A stretch of DNA of 64,000 nt from Thermoplasmata archaeon (GTDB taxonomy: Archaea > Thermoplasmatota > Thermoplasmata > Lutacidiplasmatales > UBA184), in assembly GCA_049585415.1 (NCBI GenBank), contig JBAUZT010000027.1:993-64992 (forward strand). The letters run 5' to 3'. The translations under genes were made by a program, and so were the position numbers. Below the pieces are notes generated by a model, which was given only the letters and a program-made list of their open reading frames with translations, searched no databases and was not told the DNA's origin. This document shows positions 54,927-64,000 of the stretch, in pieces (positions within the stretch are counted from its first letter, which is position 1; every line of letters starts with the position of its first letter).

Positions 54927-56500
54927 TAGACGGGCACCTCCTGCTTGGAGGTCATCGAGGGGACGGGCGCGGCTCGCAGGAGCGGAAGATGTACCGTGAA
55001 GGTCGAGCCTTTGCCCGGCTCGCTCTGGACGTTGATCGAGCCCCCCATCAGGTTGACGAGTTTCTGCGTCACCGGTAGCCCCAGCCCGGTGCCCGAGTAG
55101 CGACGGTCGGCTCCGCTGTCGAGCTGTTCGAACTCGCGGAAGATCCGCGCGAGGTCCTTCGCCGGGATTCCGATGCCCGTATCCTGGACGCTCATTCGGA
55201 AGCGCGCCCAGCCCGTCGGGGTGATCGTGACCCGCACATACCCGCCCTTCGGCGTGAACTTGACCGCGTTCGAGAGGAGGTTGTAGAGGATCTGCTTGAA
55301 GCGAACGACGTCGAGGGTGACCCAGTCGATCTCCCGGTCGATTTCCGTCCGGAGCTCGAGCTCGAGCGCTTGAAGCTGGGGTCGCAGCGAGGAGGAGACC
55401 TCGTCCACGGCTTGGGGTAACTCGAACGGAGTCGGATGAAGTTCCAGCTTCCCCGACTCGACTTTCGCAAGGTCGAGAATATCGTTGATCAGGGAGAGGA
55501 GATGGCTGCCGCTGTTGAGGATGTCGGTAAGGTACTCCCGCTGGTCGGGGGCGAGCCGGTCGTTGCCCTCGGTAAGGAGGAAATCGGAGAAGCCAATGAT
55601 GCTGTTGAGCGGGGTGCGCAGTTCATGCGACATGTTCGCGAGGAACTCGCTCTTCATTCGGTTCGCCTCGCGGACCCGCTCGTTCTGGATCTCGAGCTCT
55701 CGATTGCGGGTCTCGAGCTGTTCGCGCAACCGCTTCGCCTCGACGACGTCGCGGACCGTCGCGATCAATCCCACCGGCACGTTGTTCCCGTCGCGCCGTA
55801 CGCTCGCATTGAACGAGACGTCGACCAGGCCCCCGTGTGACCGGACCAGTCGAAGCTCGAGGTCTTTGACCCCGCCTTCGTCGAGGACACGCCGGACCGC
55901 ATCGCCGGCGCTCCACGAAGGGTCGGTCAGCTCGCCGAGATGCCTTCCGATCATCAGCGAGCGGGGGGTTCCGCTCAGGTTCTCCATCTCCCGGTTCACA
56001 TCGGTGATCAGGCCCTCGAGATCGGTGGTCAGGATCCCGTCGACGGCCGACTCGACGAGCCCTCGGTTGTACGCCTCGGAAGCCTGGAGTCGCTCGGACA
56101 GTTGGATCTCCTCCGTGATGTCCTTCGATATGCTGAGAAAGCCGATGGGCCGTCCTCGCTCGTCGCGGCGGACCGTCAGCACCATTCGAGTCGGGAACTC
56201 TTCTCCGCCCTTGCGAACCCGATCGATGACCCCCTCCCACTGCCCGTTCCGAAGGGCGTCGGCGAAGACCTCGTCGACCCTTCCGGAAGTGACGTCCTCG
56301 TCCCGATGCAGCATCCGGATGTTCTTGCCCAGCACTTCGTGAGCGTCGTAGCCGTAGATCCGACGGGCGCCCTCGTTCCATAGGAGGAAGTCGCCGTTCA
56401 TCCGGAGGGTGACAATCGAGTACATCGTCGAGGCGTCGAGGATGCTGGTGAGCACCGAGGCCGAGACCTGGTCTCGCTCCTCAGGTTCCTGAAGGCTCAC
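54926..56500 (-). CDS. Cytoplasmic sensor histidine kinase (2x PAS, HisKA, HATPase_c)
   Basis: H-box SHELRTPLNSIIGF, N/G1/G2 boxes, two PAS repeats. No TM segments. Confidence 0.85.
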   Translation of the reverse strand: MSLQEPEERDQVSASVLTSILDASTMYSIVTLRMNGDFLLWNEGARRIYGYDAHEVLGKNIRMLHRDEDVTSGRVDEVFADALRNGQWEGVIDRVRKGGEEFPTRMVLTVRRDERGRPIGFLSISKDITEEIQLSERLQASEAYNRGLVESAVDGILTTDLEGLITDVNREMENLSGTPRSLMIGRHLGELTDPSWSAGDAVRRVLDEGGVKDLELRLVRSHGGLVDVSFNASVRRDGNNVPVGLIATVRDVVEAKRLREQLETRNRELEIQNERVREANRMKSEFLANMSHELRTPLNSIIGFSDFLLTEGNDRLAPDQREYLTDILNSGSHLLSLINDILDLAKVESGKLELHPTPFELPQAVDEVSSSLRPQLQALELELRTEIDREIDWVTLDVVRFKQILYNLLSNAVKFTPKGGYVRVTITPTGWARFRMSVQDTGIGIPAKDLARIFREFEQLDSGADRRYSGTGLGLPVTQKLVNLMGGSINVQSEPGKGSTFTVHLPLLRAAPVPSMTSKQEVPV

Positions 56501-56680
56501 GGTCCTCCCTGCGCAGACCCGGACCGAATTCCTCGGCCCTCGCGCGCTGACCGTCCCAACTCTCGGCCGTCATATTTAGCCCCTCCTTTCCGGTCGGATA
56601 CGGCCCGACTCCCCCCGGGATTCTCCCTACCAAGACCGAGGCCCTCTCGGGCGAGCCGGCTTCTCTACGGCCCTCGGCTT

Positions 56681-57184
56681 TCAGGCGCCACCGACCGGTA
56701 CGCCGTCCTCTCGCGCTTCCGTCTGCTCGAGGAAGAGCAGCACCGGGTCCGACAGCCAAGCGACGGTCCACCCTCGGTCCGTCAGCGTGTAGCGGACCCG
56801 CGGGGGTCGCGCGTCGATGATCTCCCGGCGGATCATCCCGTGCTGCTCGAGTCCCTTCAACTTTAAGGACAATACTCGGGGGCTGATTCCCGGTAACGAA
56901 CGACGGAGCTCCTCGAAGCCGGCGGAAGGAGCGGCGTGGAGCGCGACGAGCACTTCCATCGACCACTTTCCGAACACCGATCGCACGAGACGGACGTTCC
57001 TCCGTGCGCCGGAGCGCACGTCCTGAGTGACCCCCATGATGTCGTTGACGCGTTCGACCAGGCGCACGGCCGACTCTCGAAACTCCTGAAAGCAGCGGTC
57101 GATCTCATTCCACCGGATTTCCGGACCCCGAGGCACCGCCGAAGTGGCGACAGGTCGCGCGCGTGGAGCTCGAGCCGCGGGCAT
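56681..57184 (-). CDS. HxlR-family winged-helix transcriptional regulator
   Basis: VFGKWSMEVL...PRVRYTLTDRG. A TATA-like TTATATC lies about 25 nt upstream of the 57184 ATG (57206-57213 on +). An alternative start lies at 57037. Confidence 0.7.
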   Translation of the reverse strand: MPAARAPRARPVATSAVPRGPEIRWNEIDRCFQEFRESAVRLVERVNDIMGVTQDVRSGARRNVRLVRSVFGKWSMEVLVALHAAPSAGFEELRRSLPGISPRVLSLKLKGLEQHGMIRREIIDARPPRVRYTLTDRGWTVAWLSDPVLLFLEQTEAREDGVPVGGA

Positions 57185-57574
57185 GTGGACCGCTCACGGC
57201 CGTTCCGTGATATAAGCCGCTCTCGTAGTCGAATCCGGCGGGATTGGCGGACCGCGCCGCGACAAGACTTGCTTAGAAGACCCCGCTGACGTTTGCCCGC
57301 ACCCGCCTATCGGTTCCGGCGCCTCGGGGTTCCCGGTCGGTAATGGAATCTCCGCTCGCTCAGGGGCGGTTTATCTCACGCGCTCCCATTTCGACGGCGG
57401 GAGGGGTCTGGCGCATGAGGCCACCGGTCGGGACCTCTCCTCCAGCCTGCCTCCCTGGTCGATTTCCGGAGGACAATTCCGTAACGATTCCCATGCACCG
57501 ACCAGTCCCCGGAGACCGAGGAGGGTTCGTCCCTTCTAGACGAGGGTTCGCGGTCGCTTCACGCGCCACCAACA

Positions 57575-58144
57575 ATGGAAGTAGAAACCATGGAGTCCAC
57601 GCAAAGTAGACCAATCGACAACCTGCGAGCCAACCGCTGCGATATTTGCGGAGCGACTTTTCCGAGCGATGCCGCGTGGCAGAGCCACCGGCAGAGAGTT
57701 CACGAAGGCGCTTCTCCGCGAACCCATCGCGGGAGATCGTACCCGACGCCCGAGGACGATACTGCTTCCGAAGATCGCGAGAGATGGAGCGGGGATCGGG
57801 AGGAGAGCCGAGGGGAGCGATCCCCGGCCGAGACCCCGGACGAAGCGCCCGCTCCGGAAGGTCCGATGGGACCCGCCTCGTCTCCTCCGGAGCGTGGTCG
57901 GCCGGGCGACGAGCGCACCGAAGGCGGGGGAGACACATCGGATGGAGGGTCCGAATCGGAGGAAGGCTACTCCGGGCCCGACCCTGAGAGGTGGGCGTCC
58001 CCGCACGCGAGGGGCGAGGGATGGGAGTCGAGGGGGCAGGATGGGAACGAAGGCGAACCGTCCGTACCCGAGGAATCTCCGGACGAGAGACCGCGCCGAG
58101 GTGCGAGGAACCCGTCAGATCGGAGCCTCAGCGGAGCCGACTAG
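57575..58144 (+). CDS. C2H2 zinc-finger protein with a long acidic low-complexity tail
   Basis: CDICGATFPSDAAWQSHRQRVH, a single C2H2 finger, followed by about 150 aa of D/E/S/G/R-rich disorder. Preceded by a 390-bp non-coding stretch. Confidence 0.6.
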   Translation: MEVETMESTQSRPIDNLRANRCDICGATFPSDAAWQSHRQRVHEGASPRTHRGRSYPTPEDDTASEDRERWSGDREESRGERSPAETPDEAPAPEGPMGPASSPPERGRPGDERTEGGGDTSDGGSESEEGYSGPDPERWASPHARGEGWESRGQDGNEGEPSVPEESPDERPRRGARNPSDRSLSGAD

Positions 58145-58313
58145 CCCTCGACTTCGGTGCTTTGGCCGCACCCCGCTCGCCGCCTTTCCCTCCACTCTCG
58201 GAGAATCGCAGAGCAAGCAACCCCCGGCTGACTGGGGGATCGTGGGGCTTACCGCTCGGGTAGGGGCTCCCCCCAGGGATTAACTACGGGTAGTGTAACC
58301 TCCGACAGGAGGA

Positions 58314-58499
58314 GTGGACGACTCGATGGGGGTGCATACCTTCAGCCTCACGGGAGCGATTCTTCTCGTGCTTTTGGCGATCATCTTCCTCGTGCTGATC
58401 GGTCCCTTCGGGCTACTGCTCCTCATCCTGGCCGTACTTTTGTTCTGGTACGCCTTCGGCCCCGGGTCGCGGGGCGCTGTGACGGTCACGACGCCCTGA
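58314..58499 (+). CDS. Small hydrophobic membrane protein (61 aa, 2 TM)
   Basis: Two strongly hydrophobic helices. Lower-GC codons. Confidence 0.35.
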   Translation: MDDSMGVHTFSLTGAILLVLLAIIFLVLIGPFGLLLLILAVLLFWYAFGPGSRGAVTVTTP

Positions 58500-58634
58500 A
58501 CGGCGAGTAACGTGGGCCAGCGAGACGCCACGCCCGAAGCGGCCGGTCACGCAGTTCTCGATACGCCGAGCGCACATTCGATGGCGTCGGCCCCTCCGGC
58601 GGACGCGGTCGGACCGGCCGTCGGCGTGCGGAAC

Positions 58635-59174
58635 CTATCTTCGCTTGGGAGGCTTGCGGGTTGGGCGCCGCTTCGGTTTCAATCGGAGCCCCATTCGGCG
58701 GGCGAGACGACGATGCTCCTTCGCGTCCAGCCAATCCATCTTCAGGTAGTCGACGAGCTCGGCGTCGGTCATCCCGATCCGGCGGCCTTCCTTCACCGTG
58801 AGCTTATACGCTTCGACCTCGGACGGGGCATCGACGTAGCTGAGTTGGGGATAGAACAGCGGCTGCTTGTGTCGGAACTGCCAGACATGGCACAGCTCGT
58901 GTACGACGTCCAGGTACACGACTCGGAACTCCGCGGTACGCAGGTGATGCGAGCTGACGAGCAGGTGACCGTCCACGTCGCTCGTCCCCATGTACCCGAA
59001 TCGCGCGGAGAAGAACTCGACCTTCAGGTTCCGTAGGATCTTGTGGGTCTGCTTCCCGAACAACTCGCGGACCGCAAGGACGTCGGCGAAACCGCGAAAG
59101 TACCGTTCGAAGGGGAGGAGATGGGTCGGCGCGTCACGCTCGATCCGCACGTTGAGGCGCGCTTCGACCGTCAT
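58635..59174 (-). CDS. Putative zinc metallopeptidase-like protein (HExxH: HELCH)
   Basis: VVHELCHVWQFRH motif. Basic C-terminal tail. Confidence 0.45.
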   Translation of the reverse strand: MTVEARLNVRIERDAPTHLLPFERYFRGFADVLAVRELFGKQTHKILRNLKVEFFSARFGYMGTSDVDGHLLVSSHHLRTAEFRVVYLDVVHELCHVWQFRHKQPLFYPQLSYVDAPSEVEAYKLTVKEGRRIGMTDAELVDYLKMDWLDAKEHRRLARRMGLRLKPKRRPTRKPPKRR

Positions 59175-59221
59175 GGGTTCGTAGGGTCCCCCGCGCCGAA
59201 CCCCTGCGGGCGGAAAGCGGC

Positions 59222-60553
59222 TTGGACCCCCTCGACGGGCTTCGGGGATTCCCGAAGTCGTCACATCGGAGCGTTAAGGGAGGGGTGGTCCTGCCCCCGA
59301 GAAGACCGGGACATCTCGTGTACGATCGGCCAACCTCCCATCCGCCCCGGCGCGCGTTTCGCTGGACCGCCTACGTGCTCGCGGTCACCGCGTTCGGCGC
59401 GGCGATCCCCACGCCGCTGTATCCGATCTACTCGCTGCGATTCCATTTCACGTCGGGCGTCCTCGGATTGGTCTTCGCCTGTTACAGCTTTGGCGTCTTG
59501 CTCACCATCTTCCTCGTCGCGCCGCAGGCCGAGCGGGTCGGGCGAAAGAAGCTGCTCTACTTCGGCATGGTGTTCACCGCGCTCGCAATGGTGGTGTTCA
59601 CCTTCGCGACCGGGGTGGCGTGGCTCGCCCTCGGCCGGGCGGTCACCGGGGTCGGGGTCGGTCTCACGACGAGCGTCGCGACCGCCGCGATGACGGACCT
59701 CGAACCGTACCGAGACAAGCACCATGTGGCGCGGGTCGCCGTCGCGGCGAACTTCGGCGGGTTCGCGGTCGGGGCGCTGTTGAGCGGGATCTTCCTCCAG
59801 TATGGTCCCGACCCCGTACAGCTCGTGTACCTCCTCCCGGTGATCGCGACGGCCCTCGGGTTCTGGGCAGTGTCGACGACCCCCGAGACCGCCACGAGCA
59901 TCGGGACGCAACGCGGGCCACTCGTACAACGAGTGTCGGTCCCGGCGAATATTCGGACTCCGTTCTGGGTCGGAGCGGGCGGTCTCGCCGCCTGCTACTC
60001 GATGTACGGATTCTTCGCCGCGCTCGTGCCGTCGTACCTGCGCAGCGGCTTGGGGGTCTTGAGTCCGGCCGCGGAGGGAGGCATCGTCGCCTTGATGTTC
60101 GGTATGGCGGCGATCTCGCAGCTCGCGACCTCGGAGATCCGGGACCGACGCGCACTGCTCGTCGGTTTTCCTCTCCTCCTGGTGGCGGTGGCCGCGCTCG
60201 TGATCATCCTGTCGCTCTCCACCCCCGTGCCGTTGCTTCTCGTGGCCCCGGTGATGGGCGTCGCGGTAGGTCTCACGTTCATGGGGAGCATCACGCTCGT
60301 CGATCGGGTCGCTCCGGAGGGACAACGCGGGGAGATCTTGGCCGGTTACTACTCGGCGGGATATCTCGCGCTCGCGATCCCCACGATCGGCGTGGCCGAG
60401 GCCTCCGACCAGATCGGGCTCTCGGCCGCCGGGGGGCTCTTTGGGATCCTCCTCGCACTCGCCGTCGCGATCCTCTACGTAGGTATCGCCCGCACCCCCA
60501 CGCCTTCGGGGGGCGGCGGAAGACCACGGGATTCGCCCGCGTCCCCTCGCTAG
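59222..60553 (+). CDS. MFS transporter
   Basis: 12-14 TM helices. MFS Gly-rich motifs. Confidence 0.8.
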   Translation: MDPLDGLRGFPKSSHRSVKGGVVLPPRRPGHLVYDRPTSHPPRRAFRWTAYVLAVTAFGAAIPTPLYPIYSLRFHFTSGVLGLVFACYSFGVLLTIFLVAPQAERVGRKKLLYFGMVFTALAMVVFTFATGVAWLALGRAVTGVGVGLTTSVATAAMTDLEPYRDKHHVARVAVAANFGGFAVGALLSGIFLQYGPDPVQLVYLLPVIATALGFWAVSTTPETATSIGTQRGPLVQRVSVPANIRTPFWVGAGGLAACYSMYGFFAALVPSYLRSGLGVLSPAAEGGIVALMFGMAAISQLATSEIRDRRALLVGFPLLLVAVAALVIILSLSTPVPLLLVAPVMGVAVGLTFMGSITLVDRVAPEGQRGEILAGYYSAGYLALAIPTIGVAEASDQIGLSAAGGLFGILLALAVAILYVGIARTPTPSGGGGRPRDSPASPR

Positions 60554-60597
60554 GGGGACGTCCGCGGTCGAGCGTCCGAAAGAACGCGGCGCGGGAC

Positions 60598-61149
60598 CTA
60601 CGCGTCGCCGTACGGCGGGTCACGCCCGGGGTCCACTCCCCGCGCGAACGACGCCATCGCTTCCTGCTGCTTCGCCGCCTTCTCTTTCTTGCTCATCTTC
60701 ACCCGCATCGAGAGCGACCAGTGGTGTCCGAACGGGTCCCTCAAATGGCCGTAGCGCTCGCCCCAGAACTGGTTCTCGAGGGGTCGGGTGATGATCGCGC
60801 CGGCCGCCACCGCCCGGTCCCAGAGCGCGTCCACGTTCTTCGAGTACAGATGCAGGGTCACGGTCGTGGTCCCGACGGTCGAAGGTGCCGCGACGTCCGA
60901 TCCCGGAAAGACGTCCGAGATCATGAAGATCGAATCTCCGATGCGGAGGCGGCCGTGGATCAGCTTTCCGTCGGGCGTCACCTCGCGCGCGAGCAGGCGC
61001 GCGCCGAACGCCTTCTGATAGAACTCGAGAGCCTTCGTGCCCTCGGCGACAGCCAGGTACGGAATGATCGCGGGGTATCCCAGCGGGATCGGGGCGGGGC
61101 CCCGCGCGGCGGGACGGCGTCCACGATTCCGGCGCTTCACGGGTGCCAT
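60598..61149 (-). CDS. VOC-family (glyoxalase/PhnB-like) protein
   Basis: IIPYLAV...ALEFYQKAFGA. The ATG at 61149 was checked in sequence. Confidence 0.75.
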   Translation of the reverse strand: MAPVKRRNRGRRPAARGPAPIPLGYPAIIPYLAVAEGTKALEFYQKAFGARLLAREVTPDGKLIHGRLRIGDSIFMISDVFPGSDVAAPSTVGTTTVTLHLYSKNVDALWDRAVAAGAIITRPLENQFWGERYGHLRDPFGHHWSLSMRVKMSKKEKAAKQQEAMASFARGVDPGRDPPYGDA

Positions 61150-61345
61150 GCTTGCTTCGCGCGAGGCAGGAAGGTCGCCTACATAATGGCGTAGCTTCGG
61201 CGCCACCCCCTGCCCGGCGCGACACTACTCACCTCCGGCGGGCGCCGCTCCGCCGAAGTACTGGGCTCCACGCGCCCGCCCCCCGTCGAGTGGAAGATCT
61301 ACTCCTCCAATGGGACCGAGCAGCGCCCCCCGATCGCCACCCCTC

Positions 61346-61774
61346 TCACGGAGATCGCGGCGGCGGCGAATCCCAGGTCGGAGGGGGCGCCCAAGAGGAG
61401 GGCGGGCCGGAAGCCGCCGGGGGCGTCGAGGGCGGCATCGGGGGGGGTTCCGGTGCGGACGGCGGCGGCGGAGCCGGTAGGACGTACGGCATCCCGTCGC
61501 GACGGGCCATGATCGCGACCATCGCGAAGAGGACCAGAAAGAGTCCCACCCCGCTCACGATAATCCCGCCCGCGACGAGGAAGTCGGCGAGCACGGTCGT
61601 GTTGGCCTCGTTCTGGTCGTTCTGCTCGCAGCTGTTCGGGTTCGAGGAGTAGATGCAGCTCGTGGCGCTTTGCTCCGCGAGCGCGCTGATCGTGAGCCCC
61701 GAGCCGACGACCACCAGGCCGACGAGCAATACGACGGCGCCGGCGACGCCGATCCGGCCGAGGGCGGTCGCCAT
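61346..61774 (-). CDS. Small membrane protein, paralog A (TM, Cys/Asn-rich loop, TM, Pro-rich tail)
   Basis: Starts MATALGRIGVAGAVVLLVGL. The extracytoplasmic loop has 2 Cys (SCIYSSNPNSCEQNDQNEANTT). Confidence 0.45.
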   Translation of the reverse strand: MATALGRIGVAGAVVLLVGLVVVGSGLTISALAEQSATSCIYSSNPNSCEQNDQNEANTTVLADFLVAGGIIVSGVGLFLVLFAMVAIMARRDGMPYVLPAPPPPSAPEPPPMPPSTPPAASGPPSSWAPPPTWDSPPPRSP

Positions 61775-61856
61775 GCTCCGCGCTAGCCCCCCACGGGAAA
61801 GAGAGTGGCGGCACGCGTCGCGGGGAACTTCGGGCGAAACCGGTCCGGGGGGGTCG

Positions 61857-62303
61857 TCATGGCGGTGCGGGCGGTCTCCGGACCGTTTCGGCCTGCCGAG
61901 CCGCGGAGACGCCTCCGGCCCCCGGTGGCCAACGGTCCATGAATGTGACCGCCACAGCAAGAATGAGCCCGGTACCGACTCCGATCGCGATGAACCCGAA
62001 CGCCCAGAGGAAGTCCGTGACGATCGTCGCGTTCTGATCGGCGTCGAACGCGGAAACGCAGTTCGTCCGGCAATCGATCAGGTTCTCGGATGCGAGCGTC
62101 GTGTACGCGTAACCCGCACCGAGCAGGGAAACGCCCACGAGGAGAAAGACCGCCCCGAGGATCCCCACCGTCCGTAGGTTCGAGCGCACGCGACCCGGAA
62201 CGCGTCGTCCGTCAAAGAGGTTCGGTTGGCCGGACGCGAGGAAGGAGCGGTGGTCCGCGGGCGCATCCCGCGAGATCAGGTGCCCATTCGGGAGTCGACC
62301 CAC
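61857..62303 (-). CDS. Small membrane protein, paralog B
   Basis: Same layout (TM, loop with CRTNC...DADQNAT, TM, Pro-rich tail) as the neighbouring gene. Confidence 0.45.
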   Translation of the reverse strand: MGRLPNGHLISRDAPADHRSFLASGQPNLFDGRRVPGRVRSNLRTVGILGAVFLLVGVSLLGAGYAYTTLASENLIDCRTNCVSAFDADQNATIVTDFLWAFGFIAIGVGTGLILAVAVTFMDRWPPGAGGVSAARQAETVRRPPAPP

Positions 62304-63922
62304 CGCTCGATGTGCTCGGTCAGCACCCCGAGGGTCACGGCGCCCTGCTCGAGGACGGTATCGTGGAACGCCCGGAGGTCGAACCGGTCCCCGAGCCGCC
62401 GTTCCGCGAGCGTCCGAAGTTCACGGATCTTGAGCTGCCCGATCTTGTAGGCCAGGGCTTGGCCCGGCCAGACGATGTACCGGTCGACCTCGACCTGAAT
62501 GTCCTGGTCGCTCTTGCCGCTGTTGTCCCGGAAGAACCGGATCGCCTGCTCGCGGGTCCACCCCAAGGCGTGCATTCCGGTGTCGACGACGAGACGGATC
62601 GACCGCCAGATGTCGTAGGTGAGCTGGCCGAACTTGGAGTACGGGTCCCGGTAGAGGCCGAGCTCCTCTCCGAGGCTCTCCGCGTACAGCCCCCACCCTT
62701 CGACGAACGCGGTGAACCCGCTCTCTCGACGGAAATCCGGAAGACCCTCGATCTCCTGCGCGAGGGCGATCTGGAGGTGGTGCCCGGGCACCGCCTCGTG
62801 GAGGGTCAGCGCCTCCATTTCCCACCGCGGTCGGGTCCCGACCTTGAACGTGTTGGCGTAGAAGTACCCGGGGCGTCCGGTCTTCGGGGCTCCCGGGAAA
62901 TAATACGCGGACGGTGCCGTCGGCGCGCTGTACTCCGGGACCGGTAGGACTCCATAGGGCGCGCGGGGAAGTCGACCGAAGATGCGCCCGAGGGTGGGAT
63001 CGATCTTCTTGGCGATGACCCGATACCCATCGAGGAGCTCTTCCGCGGTCCCGAAGAAGAACTTCGGGTCGGTACGCAGGTACTCGTTGAACTCCGTGAA
63101 CGTCCCGGTGAATCCTGTCGTGCGCATCAGCGCCTCCATCTCGCCCCGAAGGCGCTTCACTTCGGCGAGCCCGATGTCGTGCACCTGCTGGGGAGTAAGG
63201 TCGGTGGTCGTCTGCCATTGCACGAGGTAGGAGTACATCTCGGGCCCCTTCGGCAGTGCGGTCGCCGCGATCGTGTCGCGGCAGTGGGGGAGGTAGGATC
63301 GCTCGAGGTACTCGCGCAGCTTCGTCAGTGCCGGGGCGATCTGCTCCCCGTAACTCCGGACCGCGTGCGCCGTCAGCCGCTCCCGGTCCGCCTCGGAGAC
63401 GCCGGCGGGGAACTCTCGGAACGGCCGCAGGATCGGGCTCGACATCGGGTCGGACGTGAGCTGCGCGCGGATCTGCTCGGGCAGGCCCACGAGCGTGACC
63501 CGGGGCGGCGAGAACCCGAGCCGGAGCCCGGTCGAGAGGAGCTCCAGGTTCCGGTCCACGGCCTCGGGATACGAAGCGAACCGGGCCAGAAGGTCCTCGT
63601 AGTCCCGGACGGTGTCGAGGGCCTGGAATTCGCTGATGTGGGCGGCGCTCTGTTGGATCCCGTCGAGCTGGGTAAGGGGGATCCGCAAGCTGTGCGGAGA
63701 ACCGAAACGAAAGGGATACGGGTCAAATCCAAAATCGATCCCTTCCTCGGCGCTGACCAGGAGTTCCCGATAGAGGTCATAGTTCAACCGATCCTCCGGG
63801 GCGAGCGTCTCCGGCCGAAACCGGTCGAGTTTCAGCAGACTCTCGGCGAGGTGATGACGTCGGGCGTGGACCCCCGCGGGAGAGTCGTCGTTCCATCGGT
63901 CGTTGAGCCCGGGGTATCCCAC
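62276..63922 (-). CDS. DUF885-family metallopeptidase-like protein (HExxGH). The N-terminus may extend beyond the window.
   Basis: HEAVPGHHLQ motif. About 550 aa. Confidence 0.75.
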   Translation of the reverse strand: MGYPGLNDRWNDDSPAGVHARRHHLAESLLKLDRFRPETLAPEDRLNYDLYRELLVSAEEGIDFGFDPYPFRFGSPHSLRIPLTQLDGIQQSAAHISEFQALDTVRDYEDLLARFASYPEAVDRNLELLSTGLRLGFSPPRVTLVGLPEQIRAQLTSDPMSSPILRPFREFPAGVSEADRERLTAHAVRSYGEQIAPALTKLREYLERSYLPHCRDTIAATALPKGPEMYSYLVQWQTTTDLTPQQVHDIGLAEVKRLRGEMEALMRTTGFTGTFTEFNEYLRTDPKFFFGTAEELLDGYRVIAKKIDPTLGRIFGRLPRAPYGVLPVPEYSAPTAPSAYYFPGAPKTGRPGYFYANTFKVGTRPRWEMEALTLHEAVPGHHLQIALAQEIEGLPDFRRESGFTAFVEGWGLYAESLGEELGLYRDPYSKFGQLTYDIWRSIRLVVDTGMHALGWTREQAIRFFRDNSGKSDQDIQVEVDRYIVWPGQALAYKIGQLKIRELRTLAERRLGDRFDLRAFHDTVLEQGAVTLGVLTEHIERWVDSRMGT

Positions 63923-64000
63923 CGCGGTCGCGACCTCAGGGGCGTCCTCGAGCCACTGCCTCCAGTCGCGGTCGAGATACGCGCGAAACTCGGTGGCCGA

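Noticed and set aside
1-64000. CRISPR arrays, rRNA genes, IS elements or transposases
   Set aside because: None seen. There are no regularly spaced direct repeats and no integrase or transposase-like ORF in the window.

Overview
High-GC (roughly two-thirds G+C by eye) archaeal chromosomal segment. It is dense with core information-processing genes. These include rRNA 2'-O-methylation snoRNP genes nop5-fibrillarin and nop10, aIF2-alpha, ribosomal proteins L1/P0/P1, L44e/S27e and L15e, prefoldin alpha/beta, SRP receptor FtsY, ArgRS, a GINS subunit, a Toprim protein, KEOPS Pcc1, archaeosine QueC, mevalonate kinase and GGPP synthase. Lineage cannot be fixed from sequence alone; gene content resembles a euryarchaeal or Thermoplasmatota-like archaeon. 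Accessory patches are interspersed. (1) A RelE/ParE-type toxin-antitoxin pair plus an MDR oxidoreductase sits next to a tRNA-Gln that is followed by a tandem copy of its own 3' end, which looks like an integration scar. (2) A minus-strand operon encodes a signal-peptide-less BtuF-like binding protein, an M50 protease, an MBL hydrolase and an MFS transporter. (3) Two large secreted, sequon-rich surface proteins are present. (4) A tight operon encodes a HerA/FtsK-like DUF87 ATPase followed by three KaiC/RecA-like paralogs; only the first KaiC has an intact Walker A motif. PAC2 and a MidA/NDUFAF7-like methyltransferase follow. This is the most unusual module in the window and matches no named system that I recognise. 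(5) A cytoplasmic PAS histidine kinase sits with two stand-alone receiver proteins and an HxlR regulator. (6) Other oddities are an MscL fused to a Cys4 zinc ribbon, a ThiI-like THUMP protein with a degenerate PP-loop, an aTrm56 ORF with no canonical start codon, and a C2H2 zinc-finger protein with a long acidic tail. Because of the GC content nearly every real gene is shadowed by long Arg-rich out-of-frame or antisense ORFs in the supplied track. I used protein-like composition, conserved motifs and operon logic to choose the real frame. Coordinates refined from the track (internal starts) were computed by residue counting and spot-checked against the nucleotide text. No CRISPR array, rRNA or transposase was seen.
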